IMG/VR virus record: IMGVR_UViG_3300045988_042951
DNA: 62,240 bases
From: a virus
Direction: 5' to 3' (one strand)
Numbering within the stretch: position 1 is the stretch's first letter; every line of letters starts with the position of its first letter. The notes beneath the pieces were generated by a model that had not been told where the DNA came from, did not search any database, and was given only the letters and a program-made list of their open reading frames with translations. Of the stretch, positions 1 through 9,838 are shown in pieces. Position numbers and translations under genes: made by a program.

Positions 1-103
1 CTACAAGGGAGCTTCATCCGCAACAGGCGACTACGGAGCTTCATCCGCAACAGGCAACTGCGGAGCTTCATCCGCAACAGGCTACAAGGGAGCTTCATCC
101 GCA
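1..103 (+). repeat. 27-nt coding tandem repeat (9-aa unit x-x-G-A-S-S-A-T-G); continuation of 62131..62240
   Basis: Units tacaagggagcttcatccgcaacaggc / gactacggagcttcatccgcaacaggc / aactgcggagcttcatccgcaacaggc read directly. The first 30 nt are identical to the last 30 nt of the window. Confidence 0.9.
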
Positions 104-334
104 GACGATAGAGACAGCATAGCAGTTGCTTGGGGTTATCACGGCAAAGCTAAAGGAGTTATCGGTTCTTATCTTGTATTGGCTGACTGGGAGGGAGATG
201 AAGATAATTACTGGACACAGGAATTATGGTCGCTCAAGGGAGCAAAGATGGTAAGGGTTGATGGAACAAACATCAAGGCTAACACATGGTACACCATGAA
301 GAATGGTGAGATTGTTGAATTCGAGGAGGATTGA
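2..334 (+). CDS. 3' part of a wrap-around gene: repeat-containing hypothetical protein (5' part is 61795..62240)
   Basis: The frame is open from base 2 to TGA 332-334 with no start codon. It opens inside the same GASSATG repeat units that end the window. The tail reads ...DSIAVAWGYHGKAKGVIGSYLVLADWEGDEDNYW... Confidence 0.75.
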   Translation, partial: YKGASSATGDYGASSATGNCGASSATGYKGASSADDRDSIAVAWGYHGKAKGVIGSYLVLADWEGDEDNYWTQELWSLKGAKMVRVDGTNIKANTWYTMKNGEIVEFEED

Positions 335-744
335 TGTCAATTCTATACTTATTGATGGTGCTGATACAGATAACAACGGCAGTACCGAACAGCATAGAGA
401 AGCCCGTGGACTATACAAGTACCATGTCGGGTCCATCTAAGGAAATATCGGACGAATGGCAGTTGTTCACCATAACCGCCTACTGCGGTTGTGAGAAATG
501 TTGCGGTAAGACCGACAGGATAACGGTAACAGGCACATGTGCCGTTGAGGGCGTTACCATAGCGGTTGACCCTACGGTTATTCCTTACGGCTCACTGGTT
601 GACATTGAGGGTATCGGGACATTTGTTGCTGAGGATTGCGGCGGTGCTATCAAGGGCAACAAGATTGACATTTACTTTGAACAACATGAGGATGCTATGA
701 AATTCGGAGTTTGGAAAGATTGGAGAGTGAGGATAAGAAAGTGA
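334..744 (+). CDS. 3D-domain protein (RlpA/MltA-like double-psi beta-barrel), secreted or membrane-anchored
   Basis: Motifs TAYCGCEKCCGK, IAVDPTVIPYGS and AEDCGGAIKGNKIDIYF. Hydrophobic N-terminus. ATG 334 overlaps the upstream TGA. Confidence 0.75.
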   Translation: MSILYLLMVLIQITTAVPNSIEKPVDYTSTMSGPSKEISDEWQLFTITAYCGCEKCCGKTDRITVTGTCAVEGVTIAVDPTVIPYGSLVDIEGIGTFVAEDCGGAIKGNKIDIYFEQHEDAMKFGVWKDWRVRIRK

Positions 745-905
745 AACAGCCAAAGAAATTGACGTGCAAACAGAAAACTATTGTATCGTCACACAAGCTT
801 AATGCAAATGACTGGATGGTGGAAAAGGAAACAGAGTTTTATTTGTACCTTATAAGCAAGGACGGAGCCAAGAAGAAAATTATAGACAAATTTAAAAGGA
901 GGTAA
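741..905 (+). CDS. small basic hypothetical protein
   Basis: GTG 741 overlaps the upstream stop (GTGA), after GGAGAGTGAGG. TTG 711 is an alternative start. Sequence: VKQPKKLTCKQKTIVSSHKLNANDWMVEKE... Confidence 0.45.
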   Translation: MKQPKKLTCKQKTIVSSHKLNANDWMVEKETEFYLYLISKDGAKKKIIDKFKRR

Positions 906-919
906 GCACATTGACTGAA

Positions 920-1033
920 ATGAATGAATTACCAGTTGAATGGTTGATTTTTATATGCAAGGCTTCAAAAACGAGGCTTGTTATTGAGGATGGTAAGATT
1001 ACAGGAACCGTTCAGAAGGAGGAAGAGGAATGA
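920..1033 (+). CDS. very small hypothetical ORF (37 aa)
   Basis: ATG 920. The stop overlaps the next ATG (ATGA at 1030). It fills an otherwise empty gap. Confidence 0.3.
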   Translation: MNELPVEWLIFICKASKTRLVIEDGKITGTVQKEEEE

Positions 1034-2958
1034 ATATTAAGCTTTTGAACATGAAGTTAGAGAACTTCATGTGCTACGCAAGTAAGAATTTTGATTTTTA
1101 CGCCATTACAAAGATTATGGCTAAGAACGGTGTCGGCAAGTCAACAATAGCCACAGCTTATTTGTGGTGCTTATTTAACTGCGATTATGAGTTAAAGGAC
1201 AATCCGGTTGTCAGAAGAGAGGTTGACGGAGTATCAGTTGATGATATGGATGTATCTGTTGAGCTTGTACTGGATGCAGATGGTAAGGAAATTACCATGA
1301 AGAAAGTGCAGAAGAGAACTTACAGCAAGGATGGAAACAGCTATAAGGATGACAATAAGTATTTTGTCAATGATGTGCCTAAGACATTAAAGGATTTCAA
1401 CGCATACCTTGATGTTGATATGAATGTATTCAAGATGTGCAGCAATGTGAACGCTTTCCTTAATCAGAAGCCAGCTGAAATGAGAGAATACTTATTCGGT
1501 CTTGTAGGAGATGTTACAGACCTTGATATTGCTTCACAGAAAGCTGAATTAGCCGAGTTAGTTCCTTTACTTAATAAGTATACAGTTGAAGAATTATCCG
1601 CTATGAATAAGGCTACCAAGACCAAAATTACAAAGGATTTGCCTATTCTTGACGGGCAGATTAAGGAAAAGGAAAGAGATATACAGATTAAGCAGGACAC
1701 AGATGTATCTGACCTTGAATTACAGAAGAACAGCATTAAAGAGCAGATTGCTGGTTGCGTGGCAAAGCAGACCGACAATGACAAGCTGATGGCTGAATAT
1801 GACAAGGCTAGTTCAGATATTCTCAACTTGAAGTTTGAACTTAACGATATGACTCGCAAGGCTAACGAGGACAATATTAAGGCTAGGAGAGAGATTGAGG
1901 ACAAGATTTCTGATAAGCAGTTTCTTGTTAGGCAGACAGAAAAGACTATCAGCGAGACAGAGAAGTGCATTGAACTGTCCAAGAAAACCATTGAGAGTAT
2001 AACCGACTATCTCAATGTAGAGCGTAAGAAGTGGACTGAGGAGAATAACCGCCAGTTTGACGAAAACAGTCTTATCTGCCCTTATTGTGGCAGTGAATAC
2101 GGTGAGAACAAGAAAGAACAGCTAAGAGCCGACTTCAAGCAGCACAAGGCGGACACGTTAAAGGCTATCACCGATAACGGAAACCTTTACGCAGACAGAT
2201 TGAGCAAGGAGAAGAAAACACTTGCAGACCTCGAAGCAGAGTTGCCGGAGCACAAGGAAAGCCTTGAAATACTGAATACAGCTATCGAAGTTTTCACAGA
2301 GCAGTTATCGGAGTTACCACAGGAAACTGATGTAACAGCCACAGAGGAATACAAGGCATTGGAACAGCAGATAGCTGAAAAGGAAGAAGCTATGCACAAG
2401 GCTAATGACATATCGGCAGTTAAGGCTGAATTAAAGGCACAGGAAAGTGAGCTTAGGCAGCAGTTGTCCGATTGCGAAGCCAAGATTGCGGCAAGCAATA
2501 CCGCAATGGAAGAAGAAAGGCTAGAAGAGCTACGCAACCGGCAGAGAGATATGGAACAGAGCAAGACTAATGCCGAGAAAATCCTTGATTTACTTGACGA
2601 ACTGGATAGGGCAAAGAATGAAGCCTTGACAGAAGCAGTAAACAGCCATTTTGGGTTAGTTAAGTGGCAGTTGTTTGAATATGCTAAGAACGGCAATTAC
2701 AAGAGTTGTTGCATACCTACTGTTGACGGAAAGAGCATTTTAACAACTATGAGCAACAAGGGCAACAGGATTCTTGGAAGAGTTGACATTTGCAATAGCA
2801 TTCAGAAGATTAGCGGCATTACTTGCCCAGTATGGCTTGATGATGCGGAGAACCTTGATGAGAGCAATCAGAGCAAGGTTGCACAGATGGTTGACGGACA
2901 GGCAATTATGCTCATTGTGGACAGCAATTATAAGAATTTAAAGATTATGGAGGGATAG
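1030..2958 (+). CDS. SMC/Rad50/SbcC-like AAA ATPase (recombination module)
   Basis: N-terminal P-loop AKNGVGKST, long coiled-coil middle, CPYCG zinc-hook-like motif, C-terminal VWLDDAENLD (Walker B-like). Confidence 0.75.
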   Translation: MNIKLLNMKLENFMCYASKNFDFYAITKIMAKNGVGKSTIATAYLWCLFNCDYELKDNPVVRREVDGVSVDDMDVSVELVLDADGKEITMKKVQKRTYSKDGNSYKDDNKYFVNDVPKTLKDFNAYLDVDMNVFKMCSNVNAFLNQKPAEMREYLFGLVGDVTDLDIASQKAELAELVPLLNKYTVEELSAMNKATKTKITKDLPILDGQIKEKERDIQIKQDTDVSDLELQKNSIKEQIAGCVAKQTDNDKLMAEYDKASSDILNLKFELNDMTRKANEDNIKARREIEDKISDKQFLVRQTEKTISETEKCIELSKKTIESITDYLNVERKKWTEENNRQFDENSLICPYCGSEYGENKKEQLRADFKQHKADTLKAITDNGNLYADRLSKEKKTLADLEAELPEHKESLEILNTAIEVFTEQLSELPQETDVTATEEYKALEQQIAEKEEAMHKANDISAVKAELKAQESELRQQLSDCEAKIAASNTAMEEERLEELRNRQRDMEQSKTNAEKILDLLDELDRAKNEALTEAVNSHFGLVKWQLFEYAKNGNYKSCCIPTVDGKSILTTMSNKGNRILGRVDICNSIQKISGITCPVWLDDAENLDESNQSKVAQMVDGQAIMLIVDSNYKNLKIMEG

Positions 2959-2963
2959 GAAGA

Positions 2964-3563
2964 ATGAGTAAGGCATTAGATATGGCAAGAGAGCTTGTCA
3001 AGCAGTTAGAAGAAGCTGAAAAAGCTAACAAGGTACAGTTATCGGAGCTTAAACCGGGCGAGGTATTCAAGGCAGGAGAGCATGATTTTATTGTGCTTGA
3101 ACAGAAGAATGGAGCTACAAAGGTAATATCTAAGAACTTCACGGCGGAGAATGCTGTTTTTGACGAAGGTACGAGAGATTACAACAAATCCAATCTTAAG
3201 AAAGTCATTGAGAACGAAATACAGCCTATTATTGAAGCTAAATTAGGAGCAGATAATCTTGTCGAGCATATTGTTGATTTAACTTCGGTTGATATGCAGC
3301 ATGAGTTTGAGCCTTGCACTTGCAAGGTAAGACCTATCACGTTTGATGAAGCAAGGCAGTACAATGATTTACTTGTTAATAAGGAATTAGGCGATGGGTG
3401 GTGGACTTGTACGCCTTGGTCTACGGCTGAAAGAGGTTGGACATACGCAATAGCCGTTGTTTATTCATCTGGTGATTTAAGCAACCACAGCTATGATGTC
3501 TTCAACGGCGTTCGTCCAGTTTGTATCTTAAAATCTAATATCTTTGTATCGAGAGGAGAATGA
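2964..3563 (+). CDS. hypothetical protein, paralog 1 (C-terminal WWTCTPWST...GVRPVCI domain)
   Basis: The C-terminal motif is shared with the next ORF. It is reminiscent of the WW..RS..VRPALW-type domain seen in Firmicutes proteins (recalled from memory, not searched). Confidence 0.6.
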   Translation: MSKALDMARELVKQLEEAEKANKVQLSELKPGEVFKAGEHDFIVLEQKNGATKVISKNFTAENAVFDEGTRDYNKSNLKKVIENEIQPIIEAKLGADNLVEHIVDLTSVDMQHEFEPCTCKVRPITFDEARQYNDLLVNKELGDGWWTCTPWSTAERGWTYAIAVVYSSGDLSNHSYDVFNGVRPVCILKSNIFVSRGE

Positions 3564-4186
3564 CAATTATGGCTGCATTAACAATGAAGATGTTACAGGA
3601 GCAGATAACCGAATTAAGCAATAAGATAGCTGTGCTTGAAGGTAATGTGAATATTGAGGCTAAGGTAAGAAAGTGGTTTGCAAACTTAAAGGTCGGAGAT
3701 ACATTTGAGCTTGCAGGGCTTACTTGGAAGATACTTGATATTCCTGCCGAGGGTTATATGTGCCTTGCGGACAGGCTTACAGACAAGATGATGTTCGACG
3801 AGACTTCTAATGACTGGCTCCGAAGCCGGTTAAGAGAATATCTTAATACGGAATTAATTGAGGAGATTGCTGATGAGATAGGAGAAGAGAATATTGTCTC
3901 ATTTAAGCGAGATTTGCTTTCGCTTGATGGACAGACTGAGTACGGCGAATGCGAGGACAAGGTATCACTTCTCACGGTTGACGAATACCGCAAGTACAGA
4001 AACCTTATACCTAACACAGATGATTGGTGGTGGCTTGTTACTCCATGGAGTACGTCATACAACAATTACGAGACAGCTATTGTTGTTCTTCCGTCCGGCT
4101 GTATCTGTGCTGGTGGTTGCAGTGGCAGCGTCAGTGTTCGCCCGGTTTGTATTTTTTCCTCTTCAATCTTTGAATCAGAGGAATAA
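3560..4186 (+). CDS. hypothetical protein, paralog 2 (C-terminal WWWLVTPWST...VRPVCI domain)
   Basis: ATGA overlap with the upstream gene. Same C-terminal motif set as 2964..3563. Confidence 0.6.
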   Translation: MTIMAALTMKMLQEQITELSNKIAVLEGNVNIEAKVRKWFANLKVGDTFELAGLTWKILDIPAEGYMCLADRLTDKMMFDETSNDWLRSRLREYLNTELIEEIADEIGEENIVSFKRDLLSLDGQTEYGECEDKVSLLTVDEYRKYRNLIPNTDDWWWLVTPWSTSYNNYETAIVVLPSGCICAGGCSGSVSVRPVCIFSSSIFESEE

Positions 4187-4227
4187 TAAAACATTAAAGT
4201 AAATCAATTAGAAAGGCAGGAACAATT

Positions 4228-5328
4228 ATGGCAGAGAATACAGCAGTTGCAGAGAAGAAAGCTTTTACCACTTCGTTGAGTGAATGGAGCAATGCAATTA
4301 CAGGTCTTATCATTGATGATTACAAGGCTTGCGGAATGGATATGGACGATTACGCCAAGGAATGTGCCATGGAAGCCATGACAAGCATTTTCAGCCTTGT
4401 TAAAAGCAACCCTAAGGTTAATATGGGTAGCCTTGACACAAGCAATTTAAGGGGCATTGTGAAGCGTTGCGCAAGCCTTAAACTTAACGCAAGTGCGTAC
4501 CCGAGAGAATGTTACTTCCAGTTGCGGAATGTGAACATCGGGAAAGACGCCGACGGAAAAGAAATTTGGCAGCAGCAGGTCGAAATGGGTATTGAAGGTA
4601 GTGGTTATGATTCCTTACTTGCTAATTACGGAAAAGATGTTAAGCAGGTATATCCATATTGGGTGATTAAAGAGGGTGACAAGTACATACCGCCTAAGCA
4701 TAAAGGGCTTACAGTTACAGAACCCGAATGGGAGGAGAACGGTTTATCGGATAAGGCAGTAAGAGTTGTATATCCTGTTAAGCTGTTAGACGGAACAGTA
4801 ACATATCTTTCTGCTGATAGAGATAGCGTTAAGGTTAATCTGTTGGCTCATGTTAAGCAGAATATGATGAATGAAACATTTGGGTTAATTACCGGAACTA
4901 AAAAGCAGTATAACAAGGAAGTTGCAAGAACACGTTACGATGCTACACCGGAAGAGAAAGCGAAAATAAAGGAAAAGAAAGAGGAAGTCCTCAATGCTTT
5001 AAGAAGCTGTAAAACAGTGGATGAAATGCTTGAGTGTGAGCTTGCAAGACCATTTATTAGTGGTGCGTGGCTTGATACCCCAGAGAGCATGATACAGAGA
5101 AAAATGTGCAACAATGCCACAAGGAAATATCCTAAGAATTATGACCCAATGGCAAGACAGGCACAGGTTGAGATGGACGAAGTATATCAGGTCACACAGG
5201 CTGAAATTGCCGAAAATGCTAATTCTGTCGAGTTCATAGAGGATAAGGCAGATGTCGTCGACACCGCGGCAACAGAAGCAACCGAAGAACAGGCAGATAG
5301 CACGTTACCGCCATTCATGCAGGAGTAA
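4228..5328 (+). CDS. putative single-strand annealing / recombination protein (RecT-like)
   Basis: Sits between the SMC-like ATPase and the MBL hydrolase/SSB, as in Gram-positive phage recombination modules. Only weak RecT-like core pattern. Acidic C-terminal tail. Confidence 0.45.
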   Translation: MAENTAVAEKKAFTTSLSEWSNAITGLIIDDYKACGMDMDDYAKECAMEAMTSIFSLVKSNPKVNMGSLDTSNLRGIVKRCASLKLNASAYPRECYFQLRNVNIGKDADGKEIWQQQVEMGIEGSGYDSLLANYGKDVKQVYPYWVIKEGDKYIPPKHKGLTVTEPEWEENGLSDKAVRVVYPVKLLDGTVTYLSADRDSVKVNLLAHVKQNMMNETFGLITGTKKQYNKEVARTRYDATPEEKAKIKEKKEEVLNALRSCKTVDEMLECELARPFISGAWLDTPESMIQRKMCNNATRKYPKNYDPMARQAQVEMDEVYQVTQAEIAENANSVEFIEDKADVVDTAATEATEEQADSTLPPFMQE

Positions 5329-5332
5329 GCCT

Positions 5333-5719
5333 ATGAAATCAGCAAGTTTAGAGCAGATGATGGCTGATATGAATAATGGCACTTATGACTTGACTTGTAA
5401 CGGAGAATGTACTTGCGGTAATTGTTGTAGTAACTTACTTCCTATGACAGAAGATGAAATTACAACAATCCGCAAGTACATCAAGAAACATCATATCAAG
5501 GAACGCAGGCATAATTATCCGACAGCTACACCAACAATGGATATGACTTGTCCGTTCCTTAATGATGATAAGCCAAAAGAAAAGTGTGAGATTTATTCGG
5601 TCAGACCAAGGATTTGCAGAGATTTTATCTGCTGTCCGAGCAAAAGACCGCCGATTGATGATTGGGGTTACAAATTAAAGTGCAAGACAGTTGACGTTAG
5701 AAAGGAGTTTTTCAAATGA
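5333..5719 (+). CDS. YkgJ-family cysteine-cluster (putative Zn/Fe-chelating) protein
   Basis: CNGECTCGNCCSN plus downstream CPF..C..Y..RPRICRDF pattern. ATG 5333 lies just after the upstream stop. Confidence 0.6.
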   Translation: MKSASLEQMMADMNNGTYDLTCNGECTCGNCCSNLLPMTEDEITTIRKYIKKHHIKERRHNYPTATPTMDMTCPFLNDDKPKEKCEIYSVRPRICRDFICCPSKRPPIDDWGYKLKCKTVDVRKEFFK

Positions 5720-6030
5720 GAGTAATTTCACAGGGCGGAGAAATTGATGTTCCATATGACATTTTTGTATTTGGAATTACAATCGATAATCACGTAACGG
5801 CTATAAGAGATTCGGTTGTAAGACCTTATGAATGCATAAATGGCTTTATGGCAAAGTATTCCACCAAAGCAAAAGCAATTAAGGCTATGGAAATGTTGAG
5901 AGAAAAGTATCTTTCTAGAATGGAGCTTGATGGCGGCTATGACATTGTGAATAAATGCTACGTACAGCCTAACTATTGGGTACTTCCTAAAGTCTTCCAG
6001 TTTCCACAGGATGATGAAATCGAGGTGTGA
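5716..6030 (+). CDS. hypothetical protein
   Basis: ATGA overlap with the upstream gene. Coding-like composition. Confidence 0.55.
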   Translation: MRVISQGGEIDVPYDIFVFGITIDNHVTAIRDSVVRPYECINGFMAKYSTKAKAIKAMEMLREKYLSRMELDGGYDIVNKCYVQPNYWVLPKVFQFPQDDEIEV

Positions 6031-7211
6031 GTATGGCAAAACACACAATGCAGGAATTATACCAATGGCAGGCATTACCACTAAACATCAAAGTCAGAAT
6101 GACAGCAGAGAGAATAAGAAACTGGGTAAATGAATTTGGCGAAGATGGAGTGTATCTGTCATTTAGCGGTGGAAAAGACAGCACAGTTTTAGGACACATA
6201 ATCAGAGAGGTTTGCGGATATAAAAATATTCCTTTTGTGTTCGTAGATGTTCCGACACAATATCCAGAGTTAAAGCAGTTTGCACAGACATTCGATAATC
6301 TTGTAATTTTAAAACCTAAAATTTCATTCGCAGAAGTTTGTGAAAAGTATGGATTTCCGATGATTAGCAAGGAAGTGTCAAATTGCGTAAGCGGTGCGAG
6401 AAAATACGTTAAATACCTTGGCAGCCAAAAATCTAATAACACAATCTTGACAGACAGTTCCGTATGCTTGCTACATGGCAGATCTGCTAGAAATAGACAG
6501 GAGAATAAACAAGCAGAACCAACAGTTCCAATGTTTGCAGACGGGAGTTATCCCTAGTGGTTCAGAATATGGGTTACGCAGACTGAATGGAGAACTGACA
6601 GATAGTAAAGGCAATTATAGTCAGTTTAATCAAGAAAAATATAAGTTTTTTCTTGATGCACCGTTTGAGATAAGTGAAAAGTGCTGCGATGTCATGAAGA
6701 AAAATCCGGCGCACAAATACGAAAGAGAAACCGGAAGAAAACCATTCATTGCAACAATGGCAACGGAAAGTTCATTGAGAGCCAAAAAGTGGATGCAAGA
6801 GGGATGTAATGCATTTGATGCAAAACATCCTCATAGTAAGCCAATGACTTTTTGGACAGAACAAGATGTTTTGCTTTACATCAAAGAAAACAACTTGCCT
6901 ATATGTTCTGTTTATGGTGAGGTAGTCACGGATTATGAAGCTATGGGGCAATGCGAAAATCAGATGTCATTTGCAGATTTTGGGATTTTGACAAGGAAAG
7001 ACCATTGCTGAAAACAACAGGATGCCAAAGAACAGGTTGCGTACTGTGCGGATTCGGATGCCACTTAGAGAAAGAAAGCAGATTTTTAAGACTGAAAGAA
7101 ACACATCCTAAATTCCATAATCTGCTATATGTCTTGAAAAATAATGGTGTGACATACGCAGAAGCTATTGATTGGGTGAACGAACACGGAAATATGAATA
7201 TTAAGTATTAA
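6027..7211 (+). pseudogene. PAPS-reductase/PP-loop family gene split over three reading frames
   Basis: Family motifs lie in different frames. SFSGGKDS is in frame 0 (6027-6557). DAPFEISEKCC, MATES and FWTEQDVLLYI are in frame +1 (6451-7011). LKTTGCQRTGCVLCGFGCHLE and THPK are back in frame 0 (6939-7211). Confidence 0.7.
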
Positions 7212-7223
7212 AGGAGTACTTAA

Positions 7224-7949
7224 ATGAAACTTAAATGTATCGCAACTGGAAGTTCCGGGAACTGCTACACCTTAACTTCCAACAGTGGAGAAATACTTAT
7301 CCTTGATTGCGGAATACCGATTAAGGAGATCAAGAAAGGCTTGAATTGGAATGTTAAAGATGTTGTGGGTGTGTTATGCACCCATAAACACCTTGACCAT
7401 AGCAAGTCATTAGACGATTTAAAAAAAATGTCAATACCGGTATTTGCACCCTACCAGAGAAACTATAACAAGAAGAATTATGGCGGATTCACAATTTATC
7501 CGTTTCCACTACAGACATTGGACGGAAACTGGACACACACAGACGCAAGCGGCGAGCCTTGCCCGATATTCGGCTTTTTGATTACTCACCCGGAAATAGG
7601 AAGAACGCTTTATATAACCGATTGCGAATTAATCAAGTGGAGATTTAAAGACATAAACCACATTCTCTTAGGCGTGAATTATGACAAGGATTTAATCGAC
7701 AGGGATAACGCAGGCAAAGCTAATCACGTTTTCAGAGGTCACTTATCCATTGACACAGCTTGTGATTTTGTTAAGGCAAATTATTCAGACAGCTTGCAGA
7801 ATGTCATAATGTGCCATTTATCAAGTGAAAATGCTGATAGAGATAGTTTTATCGAGAAGATGAAAAAAGCCGCTTGTGGGGCAAATGTGGATGTTGCGGA
7901 AGCAGGGAAAAGTTGGGATTTGAAAAACCCTAGTGAGTGTCCGTTTTAG
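7224..7949 (+). CDS. MBL-fold metallo-hydrolase
   Basis: CTHKHLDH (HxHxDH) motif and N-terminal GSSGNCY...LILDCG pattern. Confidence 0.8.
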   Translation: MKLKCIATGSSGNCYTLTSNSGEILILDCGIPIKEIKKGLNWNVKDVVGVLCTHKHLDHSKSLDDLKKMSIPVFAPYQRNYNKKNYGGFTIYPFPLQTLDGNWTHTDASGEPCPIFGFLITHPEIGRTLYITDCELIKWRFKDINHILLGVNYDKDLIDRDNAGKANHVFRGHLSIDTACDFVKANYSDSLQNVIMCHLSSENADRDSFIEKMKKAACGANVDVAEAGKSWDLKNPSECPF

Positions 7950-7963
7950 AAAGGAGAATTGAA

Positions 7964-8299
7964 ATGAAGAAATCTGAACCAAAAATGATTTTAAATATAT
8001 CTCTCAATAGCGAGGAAATTGAAGAAAAGGTCAAGATTGCTATGGACGAATATGTAGAGAAAGTTATTTATAAAAATCTTGATGAAGAAATTACAAAAAT
8101 CGTTGACAGAAGAATTGAAAGGCTTGTATCTGCTTCGAGTTGGGGTAGTGACAGGAAAATACAAGGTGTTTCTTTTGAGCAGTTCGTGAAAGATAGGACT
8201 GAAAAAACTATCGGCGATTTTGTAGAAAAGAATATCAAAGAAATTCTCGCCAAGAGATTTGCTGAAATTATGACAGATAGGAGTTTTGACAATAATTAA
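7964..8299 (+). CDS. hypothetical protein
   Basis: ATG 7964 follows AAAGGAG. The upstream in-frame extension lacks an RBS. Confidence 0.55.
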   Translation: MKKSEPKMILNISLNSEEIEEKVKIAMDEYVEKVIYKNLDEEITKIVDRRIERLVSASSWGSDRKIQGVSFEQFVKDRTEKTIGDFVEKNIKEILAKRFAEIMTDRSFDNN

Positions 8300-8320
8300 A
8301 GATAGAAAGAAGAGAACAGT

Positions 8321-8983
8321 ATGAGTTATAGCAGTTTGTTTGGAATTAAAGTGAATTATACAGGAGAAATTATTTGTGATTTTAAAAATTCATGGCTTTT
8401 CTCACCTGTAGTTATGGGGATTCTTCCAGATAAATACATTCCTGAGTTTATCACAACACCCTTTGGCTTCAAGAAAAGCATTATCTTGGATATAACAGGA
8501 GAAGTGCATAAGCGAACGAATCACGAGGTAAATGTCTGCAAGAATACGGCAGATAGAATTTGTTGGGAACTTGCAAATCAACAGATATTCTTCACGAAAG
8601 ATAGGCAACTTGTTTCTGACAGTATCAGAAAATTCGTTAAACAGAATACAGATTACGATAAATCGGGTGAAGATGCACTGTCTCCACTTGAAAGAGAACA
8701 TATCATCAAAAGATTTAATGAGATTGCAGATAGCATTTTAGAACTTGACGAAAACAAATATCCATTCTTTGTGTTTAAAAACACGAGCTGTGATGATGGA
8801 GTGGAAAGATGGTTTGAACAATATGACGATAAGTGTGGCGAATATGTAGAGTGCTCCATGAAAGATAATACAGACAATTTCTATGCGGAATTTGTAGTTA
8901 TCGAAAATGGAGAAATTGTAAAGTTTATTACAAACAGAGATTTTGAATATCAAGGCGGAAAGGAGCAGGAATGGAGAGATTAA
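8321..8983 (+). CDS. hypothetical protein
   Basis: Long ORF with an RBS-like AGAAAGAAGAG upstream. Confidence 0.55.
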   Translation: MSYSSLFGIKVNYTGEIICDFKNSWLFSPVVMGILPDKYIPEFITTPFGFKKSIILDITGEVHKRTNHEVNVCKNTADRICWELANQQIFFTKDRQLVSDSIRKFVKQNTDYDKSGEDALSPLEREHIIKRFNEIADSILELDENKYPFFVFKNTSCDDGVERWFEQYDDKCGEYVECSMKDNTDNFYAEFVVIENGEIVKFITNRDFEYQGGKEQEWRD

Positions 8984-9555
8984 CACGGACGAGTGATTCT
9001 GGTGAAGCTGCGTTTACATTTAACTTATACATAAATTGCATGCCAAGCGAAGCAGAGAAAATCCTTAATGTGGCAACAAAGTTAAAAGAATATGAGGACT
9101 TAGAGGAACGGCTTAATAAGGTGTATGGAGAGTGTGACGGATTACTGTTGAGAGTGGTAGAAATGCTTGAGAAGCACCCATGCATTGATATGACAAGCAA
9201 CACATTGAAGTCACGGCTTCTTACTGATGGAGATGTCGACAAATGGGAGGAATACAAGCAGTTAGAGGAACAGGGCAGACTTATCAAATTCCTTTGTAGG
9301 GTGGGAGATATGCTTTATTATCCAGACAAGGAATTTAACATAATTATCCCTGTGAGACTAACTGAAATTGTTATAAAGTTCAACGGTCTTGATACAAGTT
9401 CTTGTCAGTATAATTGCAGTGGTTTTGACGAATGTGGAGATGTTTATGAAGAATATGAATTTGACACAAACGACTTTGGAAAGAGTGTATTCCTCACGAA
9501 ACCCGAAGCCGAAGCAAAACTGGAAGAATTGAGAGGTAATCAGAATGAAGTGTGA
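8971..9555 (+). CDS. hypothetical protein
   Basis: ORF overlapping its neighbours in operon fashion. Confidence 0.55.
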   Translation: MERLTRTSDSGEAAFTFNLYINCMPSEAEKILNVATKLKEYEDLEERLNKVYGECDGLLLRVVEMLEKHPCIDMTSNTLKSRLLTDGDVDKWEEYKQLEEQGRLIKFLCRVGDMLYYPDKEFNIIIPVRLTEIVIKFNGLDTSSCQYNCSGFDECGDVYEEYEFDTNDFGKSVFLTKPEAEAKLEELRGNQNEV

Positions 9556-9838
9556 TGAGTGCAACAATGCAAATATCTGCTTGGACCATATCGAATTTCC
9601 TAGCTTGGGTGGGTGTACGAGTGGAATGCCAGACCGCAAAGTAATCACCAATGCCGACAGGATAAGGAATATGTCGGATGAAGAGTTAGCAGAGCTTATA
9701 CATAAAATGGAAATCACTTGTTTTGTAGATATTATAGGATATGCAAATAAAGACTGCGGGCAAGGTAAAATTTCTTGTAGAGATTGCCGAGCAAAAGCAC
9801 CAACAATACTTAATTGGCTTCAATCAGAAGCGGAATAG
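9545..9838 (+). CDS. hypothetical Cys-containing protein
   Basis: The ORF overlaps the upstream stop. ITNADRIRNMSDEELAELI...WLQSEAE pattern is common in Firmicutes phages (recalled from memory). Confidence 0.55.
   Translation: MKCDECNNANICLDHIEFPSLGGCTSGMPDRKVITNADRIRNMSDEELAELIHKMEITCFVDIIGYANKDCGQGKISCRDCRAKAPTILNWLQSEAE

Noticed and set aside
1464-2696. Long antisense ORFs inside the SMC-like ATPase gene. The same pattern occurs inside the tape measure gene (for example 42580..42927, 44074..44535, 44896..45216, all minus strand) and inside the terL, portal and tail-tip genes.
   Set aside because: Their translations are low-complexity Ser/Leu/Ala-rich shadows of strongly coding plus-strand genes. 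They have no RBSs and are wholly nested in better-supported genes.
6475-7011. Treating 6475..7011 and 6951..7211 as independent genes.
   Set aside because: Their sequences are the middle and C-terminal parts of a single PAPS-reductase-family protein. The ATG starts are incidental and lack RBSs.
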